From Myxococcota bacterium (GTDB lineage Bacteria; Myxococcota_A; SURF-8; G963663525): DNA of 22,710 nt. Under the pieces are notes generated by a model. That model saw only the letters and a program-made list of their open reading frames with translations, was not told where the DNA came from and made no database searches. How positions within the stretch are numbered: the stretch's first letter is position 1; each line of letters opens with the position of its first letter. The position numbers and the translations under genes were made by a program. Shown piece after piece: positions 1 to 9,170 of this stretch. The stretch is taken from NCBI GenBank assembly GCA_963676915.2, contig CAXXVK010000065.1:1-22710 (forward strand), read 5' to 3'.

Positions 1-468
1 GTCCCCGGAAACGCGATTGAATCCAGGAGGCGTCTTCCGAAAAATCCTGCCAACGCCACCATTTCACGAAGCGTCAAGGTCAGATCGTCGTTGAGGTAAT
101 CGAAGCGGTCCAACTCCAGCCGGTGAACGTCCAGAAAGCTGGATTTCCCGCCGCAGTCGGGCGAGAATCTCCTGCTTTCGTTCGTCGTTGCGGGCTTTGG
201 CGAAACGGACGAGTTCGACGAAGAAATCAGCTTCACGGGTGTTGAGTTTCAACACCTTGGCCAGTTTCCGAGCCAATTCCTCGGACAAATGCCGGTCGCC
301 ATCCACCACCATTTTCAAATGGCTTTTGGAAGACAGCCCCAAACGATTGGCCAGGGACCGATAGGAGTACCTGCCGTTGCCGTCACCGTTTTTCAACTCC
401 TCCAGCCGGTCTTTCAAAAAGGCCCGGTAGTCGGTGTATTCAAACAGGTTGTATTTTGTGGGCTTCAT
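1..468 (-). CDS. TIGR02147/DUF4423-like HTH protein; two apparent +1 frameshifts, runs off the window start
   Basis: N-terminus LFEYTDYRAFLKD...YSYRSLANRLGLSSKSHLKMVVDGDRHLS...EADFFVELVRF is typical of the family. Removing one base at CCC (147-149) and one at AAAAA (40-44) gives RRKSSFLDVHRLELDRFDYLNDDLTLTLREMVALAGFSEDASWIQSRFRG, which resembles the family's LRE.v.l..F.ed..WI segment. Confidence 0.75.
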
Positions 469-577
469 GTTTCAACCCTTCTTTCGCCCTTGTTTTTTAT
501 GGACGATGTTCATGTTTCGAGTGTGAGGGAAGGCGGGAACCAAAGCAAGGGAAAAACAAAGCGGAAACGCACAAAGT

Positions 578-594
578 GTTCACAACTTGTGAAC
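578..594. promoter_or_regulatory. Palindromic candidate operator GTTCACAA-C-TTGTGAAC
   Basis: Perfect 8-1-8 inverted repeat about 110 bp upstream of the TIGR02147-like start, next to an AT-rich tract. GTGAACGTTT occurs at 589-598 and again at 687-696. Confidence 0.4.
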
Positions 595-703
595 GTTTAA
601 AAATATATAAAGTTTATATCTTATTGAATTTAATGGATTTTAAGCTATTTTGCTTTATGAATAATTGCTTCGTACGAGATTGTTTAGTGAACGTTTGAAG
701 TGC

Positions 704-910
704 GCAGGTCAGGCAAATTTCTTGTCTGTGAGATGGAGCAGGATTGCATCCTGTTTTTCATGTTTTGAATTGCTCACATGCTGCTATACTTACTCTGACT
801 ACCCATTTCCTGATAAGGTGCTGAAGTCATGAATGTTTGGACCAGGATACAATCCTGCTCCATCGTTGGGTCAGAGACTTTTCGTAGGTCGGACAAAAAT
901 TTAACCCGAG
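704..910. repeat. Cluster of degenerate REP-like palindromes, including a 22-bp inverted pair
   Basis: 704-728 GCAGGTCAGGCAAATTTCTTGTCTG and 884-910 GTAGGTCGGACAAAAATTTAACCCGAG resemble the REP at 12673. GATGGAGCAGGATTGCATCCTG (732-753) and CAGGATACAATCCTGCTCCATC (843-864) are inverted copies with 1 mismatch. Confidence 0.6.
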
Positions 911-940
911 GATTTTTCTCGGACAATGAACGTTCATAAC

Positions 941-974
941 AAAAAAATCCCGGCAATTTCTGCCGGGATTTTTT
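941..974. terminator. Intrinsic terminator, bidirectional-type
   Basis: AAAAAAATCCCGGCA-ATTTC-TGCCGGGATTTTTT hairpin with A/T tails, about 30 bp downstream of the stop of the minus-strand operon. Confidence 0.8.
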
Positions 975-1003
975 ACTATATTGGATGTTATCCGAGTAAT
1001 ACC

Positions 1004-3661
1004 TCAAGTGGTGAGTGAACTGAAATCCAGGTGGTGGTCGGCCTTGCCCATGATCGTCACGACTTTACGAAAAACTTCTTTGGACCACTTCAGCACGCCA
1101 TCGACCATCAGCAGATCGTGGCGGATGGAGATACCGAAAAGTTCCTCATTGAGACGAAGATAGGGCCGGATGACGTTCCAGTCCTCCTGCTTGAAACGCA
1201 TGAACGTCGCTCCGTTAAGCTGCGAAGGATGAATCGTATTATACGGGTCGTTGAGATAGCAGGCACCGCCGGAAGCCAGCGAAAACAGGTTGTTTCCGGG
1301 ATATTTGGCTTCCATGCCGATCACCTCGCCCCGCTCGTCGAAGTCCAGTCCGTTGATCACCACGAAACCGCCGCCGACCTCGTTGCCTGCCATGAAACTC
1401 TCGGCGCAGTAGTCCAGGCAGGTGCCGTTGATGACGGCCCGGATGTCGCCTACGGCGTTGATCAGCGGACGCCCGGCCGCATTGCCCATAATGAAGGCTT
1501 CGCCACCCTTGGCTCCGTACAAAAACGTCTGGCCGACACCACCGAAAACAACGATACGTCCGGCTTTCAGAATCTGTCCGACCTGGTCCTGGGCATCGCC
1601 GTGCACGTAGATTTTCGCGCCATCCATGCCGGAACCCAGATAATCTCCGCTCGAACCGTAGACATCGATCCGTACGTCCGCCGAGTCCGGTCCCAGACCT
1701 ACACCTAAAAAGCGATCGCCCTGGGTACGGTACACGATAAAGTGACGATACCCATCTTTTCGATAGGCTTCGACGATCCGCCGCGCCACCGAATGGTTGC
1801 CTTCGGGCGGAAAACCTCGGGCGTCGAGCACGAGGCTGCAATCCTTGTCTTCCGCTGTGGGAAGGGTTTCGTTCCATGCGTGTTCGTAATCGAGGCGAAT
1901 GGCCTTGAACCCTGGTTTCTGTTCCATAAGAGGAATATCGTCGAGCAGTTGCGCGATATTACGATCCAGATCAGCCAGAACCATCGAACGCCTCCGCTCG
2001 CCGGTATTCCAGCGGCGATCCCGGAGAAACGTTAGTATTTCCAGTGCGTTATCCCAGTGTTCCAGATTTGCTCCGGCCAGGTCGCGAACGGCGGTGGAAA
2101 TGGTTTCCCTATCGCCGGATACAAGTTTGGCCGCCAAATCACGCACGGCTTTTCCACGATCCTTGAAAAACGGCGGTATGAAACGGTCGGACAGTCGCGA
2201 AGGATGATCCGGGTCCGCGCTCTTTGCGCTTTCGTCTTTTTTCCAGGCGTGTTGCAGTACGCTCGCCGTATTTTTCGAATCGGCTTTGGAACGTTTGCGG
2301 GTGACTTCGATAGCTTGGCCGAATTTGTCACGAACATCGAGGAACCTGCCGTCCTCGCCTGTCTTCACGGTGAAACTGAAGGCTCCGCCGTCGGTGCAAC
2401 TACCGCCGCGTGCGTTCCAATAACGGTCCGCCACGGGAGAAACGCGGGGATCTTCGTCGGAAAGCTCTTCGAAAAAGGCGTCGATGGCCTGTTTTTCCGA
2501 AGCGATGGCGCCTACGTGGGTTTCGCCGCACTGAAGCGCGAAAACCTGGGGTCGTAGCATGGAAACGTCGGTAATTCCGATAAGTTGCGGTTCTCCCGTT
2601 TTCGGGTTCGCCCGAGCCACGATAAAGAACCACGGGCCGTCCGGGGAACCGTGAATGTGCGCGGCCTGAATGGCGCGGTAAATGCGCTGGCGGCGCTTGG
2701 TCAGTCGTTCGAAATCGCCTTCCGGTGTCGGAGCCAGTGCTTCGATGACGTATTCCAGCGGATAGTTGAGCACGCGGGAATAGAGGTCGAACATCAGTAC
2801 CGAAACCTCGGTATCGGTCACGAACAGCGGTACTCGCCCTTGTTGCCGCAAATATTCGCTGGAGGCATGGTAGTTGGCGAAGTCGCCGTTATGCACCAGC
2901 GCTTCATGCAATCCGGCGAAGGGATGCGCCCCGCCCGGATGCCAGACGCGTCCTCGGGTGGGATAGCGCTGGTGGCCGATCCAGACGTTGGCTTTTTGCT
3001 CTTCCAGCCGGTAGTAGCGAGCGATCTGCTCGGCGTAGCCTACCGCCTTGAGAATCATCAGGTTGTGTCCGTGGGAAAGCACGAAAGCAGAAGGTTTGGG
3101 CGTGTCGGCGTAATACTTCAGGTTGAGCCGAAAACTGTTCTGATATACGCAATCGTCTTCGGCGGCCTGACGGTCCTCGATCCCGGTTTCCTTCATGAAC
3201 TTGTCGAGAACCTTCTTTTTGACACGTACGAAGTAGCGTTTGACGGTCGGGGGCAGGATCTCCAACCCAACGGCGCGATGGTCGTCGATGGTCGGTAATT
3301 GCTCTTCGTGGGCGATGTCGAACACGGGTCGAACGAATTCGTCCTCTACCGCTTTCACGACTGCTTCGTCCAGATAGGCCATATGAAGGGCGTAGTGCTC
3401 TTTGAAATCGGGAAACAATCCCACTGCCGCCACGCCGCCACCCTTGCCGTTACCCCGGTTCTGCATCTGTTCGCAGGAACGGATGATCAACCGACCGGCC
3501 AGCGGGTCCGAACCGACGATGCCGATAACGCCGCAACCGCCTTCCATCGCCCGCTTGGGTTTGAGTTCCAACCCGCGAACCATGTCCCGGTGGGAACGGA
3601 TAATCGCCCGCGCATCGCTTTCGCGGGAGGAAGTACGGGAAGAATTCGTGTTTTCAGCCAT
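1004..3661 (-). CDS. Glutamate synthase-like subunit: class II glutamine amidotransferase fused to the C-terminal GXGXG beta-helix domain
   Basis: EGGCGVIG (Ntn Cys43 after a propeptide), NRGNGKGGG, IGHQRYPT, AHPF, LVHNGDFANY, TDTEV; C-terminal GDRFLGVG, GDYLGSGMDG, GQTFLYGAKGG, GNAAGR repeats. The start codon is uncertain because the RBS is weak. Confidence 0.88.
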   Translation of the reverse strand: MAENTNSSRTSSRESDARAIIRSHRDMVRGLELKPKRAMEGGCGVIGIVGSDPLAGRLIIRSCEQMQNRGNGKGGGVAAVGLFPDFKEHYALHMAYLDEAVVKAVEDEFVRPVFDIAHEEQLPTIDDHRAVGLEILPPTVKRYFVRVKKKVLDKFMKETGIEDRQAAEDDCVYQNSFRLNLKYYADTPKPSAFVLSHGHNLMILKAVGYAEQIARYYRLEEQKANVWIGHQRYPTRGRVWHPGGAHPFAGLHEALVHNGDFANYHASSEYLRQQGRVPLFVTDTEVSVLMFDLYSRVLNYPLEYVIEALAPTPEGDFERLTKRRQRIYRAIQAAHIHGSPDGPWFFIVARANPKTGEPQLIGITDVSMLRPQVFALQCGETHVGAIASEKQAIDAFFEELSDEDPRVSPVADRYWNARGGSCTDGGAFSFTVKTGEDGRFLDVRDKFGQAIEVTRKRSKADSKNTASVLQHAWKKDESAKSADPDHPSRLSDRFIPPFFKDRGKAVRDLAAKLVSGDRETISTAVRDLAGANLEHWDNALEILTFLRDRRWNTGERRRSMVLADLDRNIAQLLDDIPLMEQKPGFKAIRLDYEHAWNETLPTAEDKDCSLVLDARGFPPEGNHSVARRIVEAYRKDGYRHFIVYRTQGDRFLGVGLGPDSADVRIDVYGSSGDYLGSGMDGAKIYVHGDAQDQVGQILKAGRIVVFGGVGQTFLYGAKGGEAFIMGNAAGRPLINAVGDIRAVINGTCLDYCAESFMAGNEVGGGFVVINGLDFDERGEVIGMEAKYPGNNLFSLASGGACYLNDPYNTIHPSQLNGATFMRFKQEDWNVIRPYLRLNEELFGISIRHDLLMVDGVLKWSKEVFRKVVTIMGKADHHLDFSSLTT

Positions 3662-3721
3662 GTTCGTGTCTCGTTGTCAACGGCCAGTGGAAAAGTCTCC
3701 GGCCTCGTTCGAAATCTTTAC

Positions 3722-6613
3722 TTATTTCACAGCCTTAAGCAGGTCTCGCCTTCCACGCAGGTGAGCCACCGAAGGAAGGTTCAGCGCCCGCAGGCGTTTT
3801 TCCATGTATTTCGCCCAGCTCTGGTACATGTTGACGATACGGTCCCGTACCCACTCGGATTCGAGTTGAGGCGCAAGATCGTGGTCGGTGGTGGCGATGC
3901 CGATCGGACAACCCCGGTCACGCTCGCAGTTTTTGCAGCGCACGCAGTTGATTGCTATCAACTCGGCGGTACCGATGACCACACCGTCCGCGCCCAGTGC
4001 AATGGCTTTGAGCACGTCCTCGGGCGACCGCACGCCGCCGGAAGCGATCAGCACCACCCGATCGCGGATGCCTTCCTTGCTCAGAAAGTCGTGGGCCTGG
4101 GAAACGCCGTATTCGATAGGCTGGGCAATGTTTTTCTTGGCGATATCCGGGGCTGCGCCTGTACCACCGTAGGCACCATCGAGATGCACGACATTCGCCC
4201 CGGCATAATAGCTACCCACCGCCACCATATCCACATCGCCCGGCGTCGAAACTTTCACGGAAATGATGATGTCGGGGTTGATCGTGCGAATCCAGTCCAG
4301 GTGTTTTTTGTGGTCCTCGACGGAATACACGCTGTGGAAGGGGAACGGCGAAAACAGGCTTGTTGCGGGAACCGCCTCGCGCATGGCCGCCACTTCCGGG
4401 GTGTTTTTCTCGCCCAGCAGGTGGCCGCCCAGTCCGGGTTTCGCTCCTTGCGCGTACTTGAATTCCATCATCCGACCGCATTGCAGGGTTTCTTCCCGCA
4501 CACCGAACAATCCGGTAGCGACCTGCGTAATGACGTGGTCGGAATAGTCGAACAATTCCGGTGGGTAACCGCCTTCACCCGTGCTGGTGAACGTCCCGAT
4601 TTCGCTGGCCGCCATGGCGCGTCCGCGCATGACTTGCAGGGAAATCGAGCCGTAGGACATTCCGCCGCCATACATCGGTAAGGGAATGCGCACCTGCTGG
4701 CCTTCTTCGCGCCGGTTCAGGGGAATCGAAAGATCCACGTCACCTTCCCAACATGTGCCGTCGGGCGATTTTTTAGCCAACTCCAGCAGATCGAATCCGC
4801 CTCCGCTGGCTCCGGTCTGGCACTCGGGACGATCGCTGGCGATATCGCCGGTTTTCGCCTGCCGCCAGGTTTCGGAAATCAGCCGCGCCGTCCAGCGTTT
4901 GTCGCCAAGGACGTTGCCGACCGAGCTTTCACGAATTGAAATTGCCTGCCAGGGACAGATTTTCGTGCAACACCAGTCGTTTTCCTCTTCGCAGATCGGT
5001 CCGAGGCATCGGGCATGAATCGGTTCTTCGAGTGCCGCCTTACCTTCGGTGCGTCGGTGGACGCCGGGACGGCAGCTTTCGACACAAAGACCACAATCGG
5101 TGCAGCGGCTGCGGTCGATCTCCACCCGCCAGCTTCCCAGGCTCGTGGGGAAGCGGTCTTTGGTCAACGGGGCGCTTCGTTCGAGCAACGCTTTCGTTGC
5201 TTCGGCATTGGATTCTACCGGCTCGGGCACGGTACCCAACGGTCCGGCGTCGAGGCGTTCGAGGAAATCTTTGCGTGCCCGGTCAGCGAACACCGCCCGG
5301 CCTTTCTCGCCACGCAGCCTTCGTACGTCGCGAATTCCCATCGCTCCCAGTACTTCCAGAAGCTGGTCGCGCCAGCAGAGCATCAGGTTGACCAGCCGTG
5401 TGGCGCCCCAGTCGTCTTTAACAGTGCCCAAGTCCCTGTGGCAATTCTCCATGCCCTTGCATTCGTCGCAAACCGTGCAACCCAAAGCAATCAGAAGAGG
5501 CATATCGACGAACACGCCGTCCGCGCCGGTAAGGATCGTTTTCGGTACGTGCTCGGCCCGTGCAACTCCGCCGCTGGCCAGTAAGGTGATACGGTCGCGC
5601 AGTCCTTCTTCGACGAGCCGTTCGTGGGTTTCGGCAAGAATATCGAGCAGTTCCACACCGTCGCGGCCCTTGCCGAACTCGTCGCAATACAAATGAATCG
5701 TTTCCCCTCCGCACCGCGCCAGCTCCAACACCGTGTCGGCAACGCCTTTGCGGGCCTGTACGGCCAGAATGGTCAGCAAGTGGGGATTGATCTCACGGGC
5801 TTTCTGAAACGCGCCGACCTGATCGCCGTCCTCGGTGATCTCGATAATGGTGGCCCATTGCAGGATATCGGTGCCCTGAGCGATCACTTGCGGATCGAGC
5901 CGTACGAGCAGATGATTGATGAACTCCGCGTAATCCGAGAAGTTTTCGGTATGATCCACGGTAACGTAGGTGTTCAGGCGGCTGGCTGCACGAGCCATGG
6001 AAAGTTTTACGTTTTTCCCCACGGGAAACGGCGATGTCCCAAACAGCATCGGCAACGGAATTTCCCGGTTGGGTGGAATCAACGATTCGAGGTTGCCGTC
6101 TTCATCGAAACGCATTCCGCACAAATCGCCCACCATGCGTCCGAGGTGGATGGTCGTGGAAATATGTTCGCGTCCGTGGATGCCGTCTCGGGTGGGACGA
6201 ACGATTTCGGACATGTCGGTCCAGATGTTATCGAACCCTTTACCATCGAACGGCCCGTCATATCCTGCGCCGCTGACCGGGATTTTACCGCTGGTAGCCT
6301 GTTCCTGAATCGAAGAGATGACCATCGGCGGGTAGGTATCGTTGCCGGTGGACCAGTATTCCTCGTTGTCGTGCATGCTCAACGCGCCACGGGGGCATTT
6401 GAACACGCAGGCAAAGCAGTTACGACAGCAATTGATCTTGGGTTCTTCCATTTTGCGGGGGTCGTCGGCCTTGCGGTCGTGACAGTTGTAAATACAAGCG
6501 TCGATGCACTGCCCACAGTTGATGCAGCGGTCGGAACGGACGATTTTCCTCGGTTTCAAAATGGATTGGCGGGGCGGAGCCTCGATCGGAGCCAGTCGGT
6601 TGAATTCCTTCAT
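3722..6613 (-). CDS. Tandem [ferredoxin + glutamate synthase barrel] x2 protein; first barrel degenerate, second an FMN-binding synthase domain
   Basis: CINCGQCIDAC/CRNCFACVFKCP, then a barrel with ASGGV..AEHVPKTILTGADG and CTVCDEC; second ferredoxin CTDCGLCVESC...CCTKICP; then GGMSYGSIS, TGEGG, QVATGLFGV, KYAQGAKPGLGGHL, DGAYGGTGAAP, CVRCKNCERDRGCPIGIAT. GGAGG RBS; 4-bp ATGA overlap with the upstream gene. Confidence 0.88.
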   Translation of the reverse strand: MKEFNRLAPIEAPPRQSILKPRKIVRSDRCINCGQCIDACIYNCHDRKADDPRKMEEPKINCCRNCFACVFKCPRGALSMHDNEEYWSTGNDTYPPMVISSIQEQATSGKIPVSGAGYDGPFDGKGFDNIWTDMSEIVRPTRDGIHGREHISTTIHLGRMVGDLCGMRFDEDGNLESLIPPNREIPLPMLFGTSPFPVGKNVKLSMARAASRLNTYVTVDHTENFSDYAEFINHLLVRLDPQVIAQGTDILQWATIIEITEDGDQVGAFQKAREINPHLLTILAVQARKGVADTVLELARCGGETIHLYCDEFGKGRDGVELLDILAETHERLVEEGLRDRITLLASGGVARAEHVPKTILTGADGVFVDMPLLIALGCTVCDECKGMENCHRDLGTVKDDWGATRLVNLMLCWRDQLLEVLGAMGIRDVRRLRGEKGRAVFADRARKDFLERLDAGPLGTVPEPVESNAEATKALLERSAPLTKDRFPTSLGSWRVEIDRSRCTDCGLCVESCRPGVHRRTEGKAALEEPIHARCLGPICEEENDWCCTKICPWQAISIRESSVGNVLGDKRWTARLISETWRQAKTGDIASDRPECQTGASGGGFDLLELAKKSPDGTCWEGDVDLSIPLNRREEGQQVRIPLPMYGGGMSYGSISLQVMRGRAMAASEIGTFTSTGEGGYPPELFDYSDHVITQVATGLFGVREETLQCGRMMEFKYAQGAKPGLGGHLLGEKNTPEVAAMREAVPATSLFSPFPFHSVYSVEDHKKHLDWIRTINPDIIISVKVSTPGDVDMVAVGSYYAGANVVHLDGAYGGTGAAPDIAKKNIAQPIEYGVSQAHDFLSKEGIRDRVVLIASGGVRSPEDVLKAIALGADGVVIGTAELIAINCVRCKNCERDRGCPIGIATTDHDLAPQLESEWVRDRIVNMYQSWAKYMEKRLRALNLPSVAHLRGRRDLLKAVK

Positions 6614-8826
6614 CGCTCCCCTCCTTCCAGACGGGATACTTTCGGTATCGAACGGCGGGCCTCACCGGGTTTCCACTCGGGAAAATGCAGTCCGTACAGG
6701 GTCATGATCTCTTCACGGTGGTCGTCGAGTAGCCAGGTGAAACGCTCGATGGTGTCGTCCGGCGAACCGAAACGTCCACTGAGTTTCGCTTCCAGAATCA
6801 GGTAACAGTCGGTCAACGGCAAGCGGGTCTGACAGACTTCCTCGCACAGACCGCAACGCAGACATTGGAAGGGACTGAAGGCTTCGTCTTTGTCGGGAGC
6901 GTCTCCCTTCGAAAGTGCGGTAGCCATGCGCAGTTTGGCGCGGCCCGTAACCCGTTCGTCCTTTGTCAGGCGATACGCCGGACAGACCGAGACGCAGTTT
7001 CCACAAGATGTGCAACGTTGCGCCGTTTCACGCAAAAGCGCTTCACCTTGCTCCATATCGACTTCGGGTACCTGCCAGGTTTTCGGTGAGGAACCGGAGG
7101 TCAGCCGACAGGCCAGACCGAGCACCGTACCAACGGCTGTCGCCAATCCCAAACTCAGATCGAAAACCACCGGATGGAAAAACAATCCCGGAAGGTTGTA
7201 GATCCGTGTCTTCAAAGCGAAGAATTTCATTGGGTTGAGGCGGGTGGCGGGGTCGATCTTTTTCTTGATCCCCCGCAGGTGTTCGAGTCGTTTTTTACCG
7301 ATGCGTTTTTGCACGAACGGCGTGTTCCACACGCCGATTCCGTAAGGTTTTCCACCGGCATGCACCGCCACACGGGTCAACAACTGCACGAGCAGAAGTT
7401 TCAGCATGTAGTTGATGGTTTTGCCGGCGTTGCAGGTAAATGTGGCGATTACCACGCAGTCCGAGTTGTCTCCCTCGTTCGTGACCAGGGTTTCCACCGC
7501 CGGATGCACCCCGAAACGCGCCGCCAATCGCTTCATGCGCCGCAGGTAGGTTGGAATCGAAAGCCGTGGCATCAGTACTTCGGCGGCCAGCAGGCTCGGC
7601 CCCAGGCGTTGACCCTTGAGAGGGAAGAAGCGCTCGGACCACAAAAAGCGGGCTTCGACCCGGTTCGCTTCGGCGTCGATGTCCTGGGTTTTCAGCCAGG
7701 CCGCGAAATCAGTGTCTTGGGATTCGTCGTCGAAGTGGAGCAACACGGCCGGATGTTCGCGAACGATCAGTTCCTTGAACCCCATCCGATCGCGGAACAG
7801 GCGGTTTTCCTCGTCCATGTAATGGGCATCGAAAACGGCGACATGCGACGGCTTGAATTTGCCTTCCACCAGTCGATCCACGAAATCGTATGCGGTCGGG
7901 TCGTCGTCGAAATATAATAGGTAAGGATGACTGAACGAAGAGAGCTTACGAACCTTCAGGGTTATTTCGGTAACGATACCCAATTGACCCTCGGTGCCGA
8001 TGAAATCTCCGATTTTACCGTTTTCCTTAGAAATTTCAATAACATCTCCTGTAGGAAGCACGGCGCGGGCATGCAACAGAGCATCGGAAAACGGCCCGTA
8101 GCCGAAGGCGTCCATCCCCCAACCACCGGTCGCCATCCACCCTCCGAGGGTGGAAAAACGGCTGGACGGCGTGGTGACCGGCGCGAGTCCCTGCTTTTTC
8201 AATTCTTCGGCGAAATCGGCCCAGCGCAACCCCGGTTGCACGGTCGCTTGCAGGGTTTCGGCATCGATGGAAACAATGCGGTCGAACGGGGAGAGATCGA
8301 TCACCAGCCCGTTGCGGGTCGGTTTGGCTCCACCGAAAGCGGACGAGGAAATCCCACGCGGAAACACGTGCACATTCTGCTCGCGGGCGAATCCGAAAGC
8401 CGCCTGGATGTCCTCTTCGTTTTGAGGTTGCAAAGCCAGATACGGTGTGGTGCGATGCAGAAAGCGTTCGAAAAACGAAGGCACCGTAGCCATGTCGAAA
8501 CTGTAGTTCCGTCGTTCGAACGATCCCTGACAAATCCGGGCCTCAGGGGATACTTTTTCCCTTAGTTTTTCGGCCAGCCGCTCGATTTCCACCCGGCGAT
8601 TCGGGGTGTCGCGGTCGCTTACATAGCGCCAGATCAAGCCGAACATGTCCCGAGGCGATCCGAAGAAGATGAAAAACAGCAGTTGCAGCGCCCCGAAAAT
8701 ACCCACTCGTTTCGGATCTCGCCGGATCAACGCATCGATCGGTCCCGGCGGTTCGAGTCCATAGGTTCGTTTCCGGCGCTTGGCCGCTGATCGTGCCTGT
8801 TCCTGTAAAAAGCGGAAACCGCCCAT
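6610..8826 (-). CDS. FAD-binding (GlcD/VAO-fold) oxidoreductase with C-terminal 2x[4Fe-4S] domain
   Basis: VFPRGISSS, LVIDLS, ATVQPG, STLGGWMATGG, FIGTEGQLGIVTEITLK, KKIDP.TRLNP; CTSCGNCVSVCP and CLRCGLCEEVC. AGGAG RBS upstream. Confidence 0.85.
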   Translation of the reverse strand: MGGFRFLQEQARSAAKRRKRTYGLEPPGPIDALIRRDPKRVGIFGALQLLFFIFFGSPRDMFGLIWRYVSDRDTPNRRVEIERLAEKLREKVSPEARICQGSFERRNYSFDMATVPSFFERFLHRTTPYLALQPQNEEDIQAAFGFAREQNVHVFPRGISSSAFGGAKPTRNGLVIDLSPFDRIVSIDAETLQATVQPGLRWADFAEELKKQGLAPVTTPSSRFSTLGGWMATGGWGMDAFGYGPFSDALLHARAVLPTGDVIEISKENGKIGDFIGTEGQLGIVTEITLKVRKLSSFSHPYLLYFDDDPTAYDFVDRLVEGKFKPSHVAVFDAHYMDEENRLFRDRMGFKELIVREHPAVLLHFDDESQDTDFAAWLKTQDIDAEANRVEARFLWSERFFPLKGQRLGPSLLAAEVLMPRLSIPTYLRRMKRLAARFGVHPAVETLVTNEGDNSDCVVIATFTCNAGKTINYMLKLLLVQLLTRVAVHAGGKPYGIGVWNTPFVQKRIGKKRLEHLRGIKKKIDPATRLNPMKFFALKTRIYNLPGLFFHPVVFDLSLGLATAVGTVLGLACRLTSGSSPKTWQVPEVDMEQGEALLRETAQRCTSCGNCVSVCPAYRLTKDERVTGRAKLRMATALSKGDAPDKDEAFSPFQCLRCGLCEEVCQTRLPLTDCYLILEAKLSGRFGSPDDTIERFTWLLDDHREEIMTLYGLHFPEWKPGEARRSIPKVSRLEGGER

Positions 8827-9170
8827 TGCATTCTACTCCTAGACGTTGACGGCAACACCAAAGCGAATTTCCAATCTCCCGTTCTCCATCCTTAATAAAG
8901 GAAAGAAACCGTGACCGGAAAGTCACCCACATCTTGCTGAAAGAAAACCTTTCGTCCTTCGGGAAGCGATCATCGAACCAGCTGTTTTCCCGCAGGAAAA
9001 GCCTACGAATACGCTTGAACGGGAACGAACGTCAAGAGAATACTATCAGCCGGCGGGGATTCAAAGGATTTTGCCCGGTTTGGCGTGAAAAAGAGTCGGA
9101 TAGAGTACTTTAACAAGTGAGGTTCTTGCATATTTCGGAACTTCAACCTGGCGACAAGGTAGACTCGCCG

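Noticed and set aside
704-974. CRISPR array or attC cassette array
   Set aside because: Repeats are few, inverted or degenerate and irregularly spaced; no cas or intI gene in the window.
3299-4681. Long + strand ORFs (3299..4681, 5624..6805, 1031..1708, 2585..3298, 7174..7917)
   Set aside because: Antisense shadows of motif-rich minus-strand genes; no recognisable domains.
8827-9170. Riboswitch or sigma54/NtrC site upstream of the operon
   Set aside because: Only short hairpins and a weak TTGACG/TATTCG promoter; no consensus recognisable by eye. An Rfam scan would be needed.
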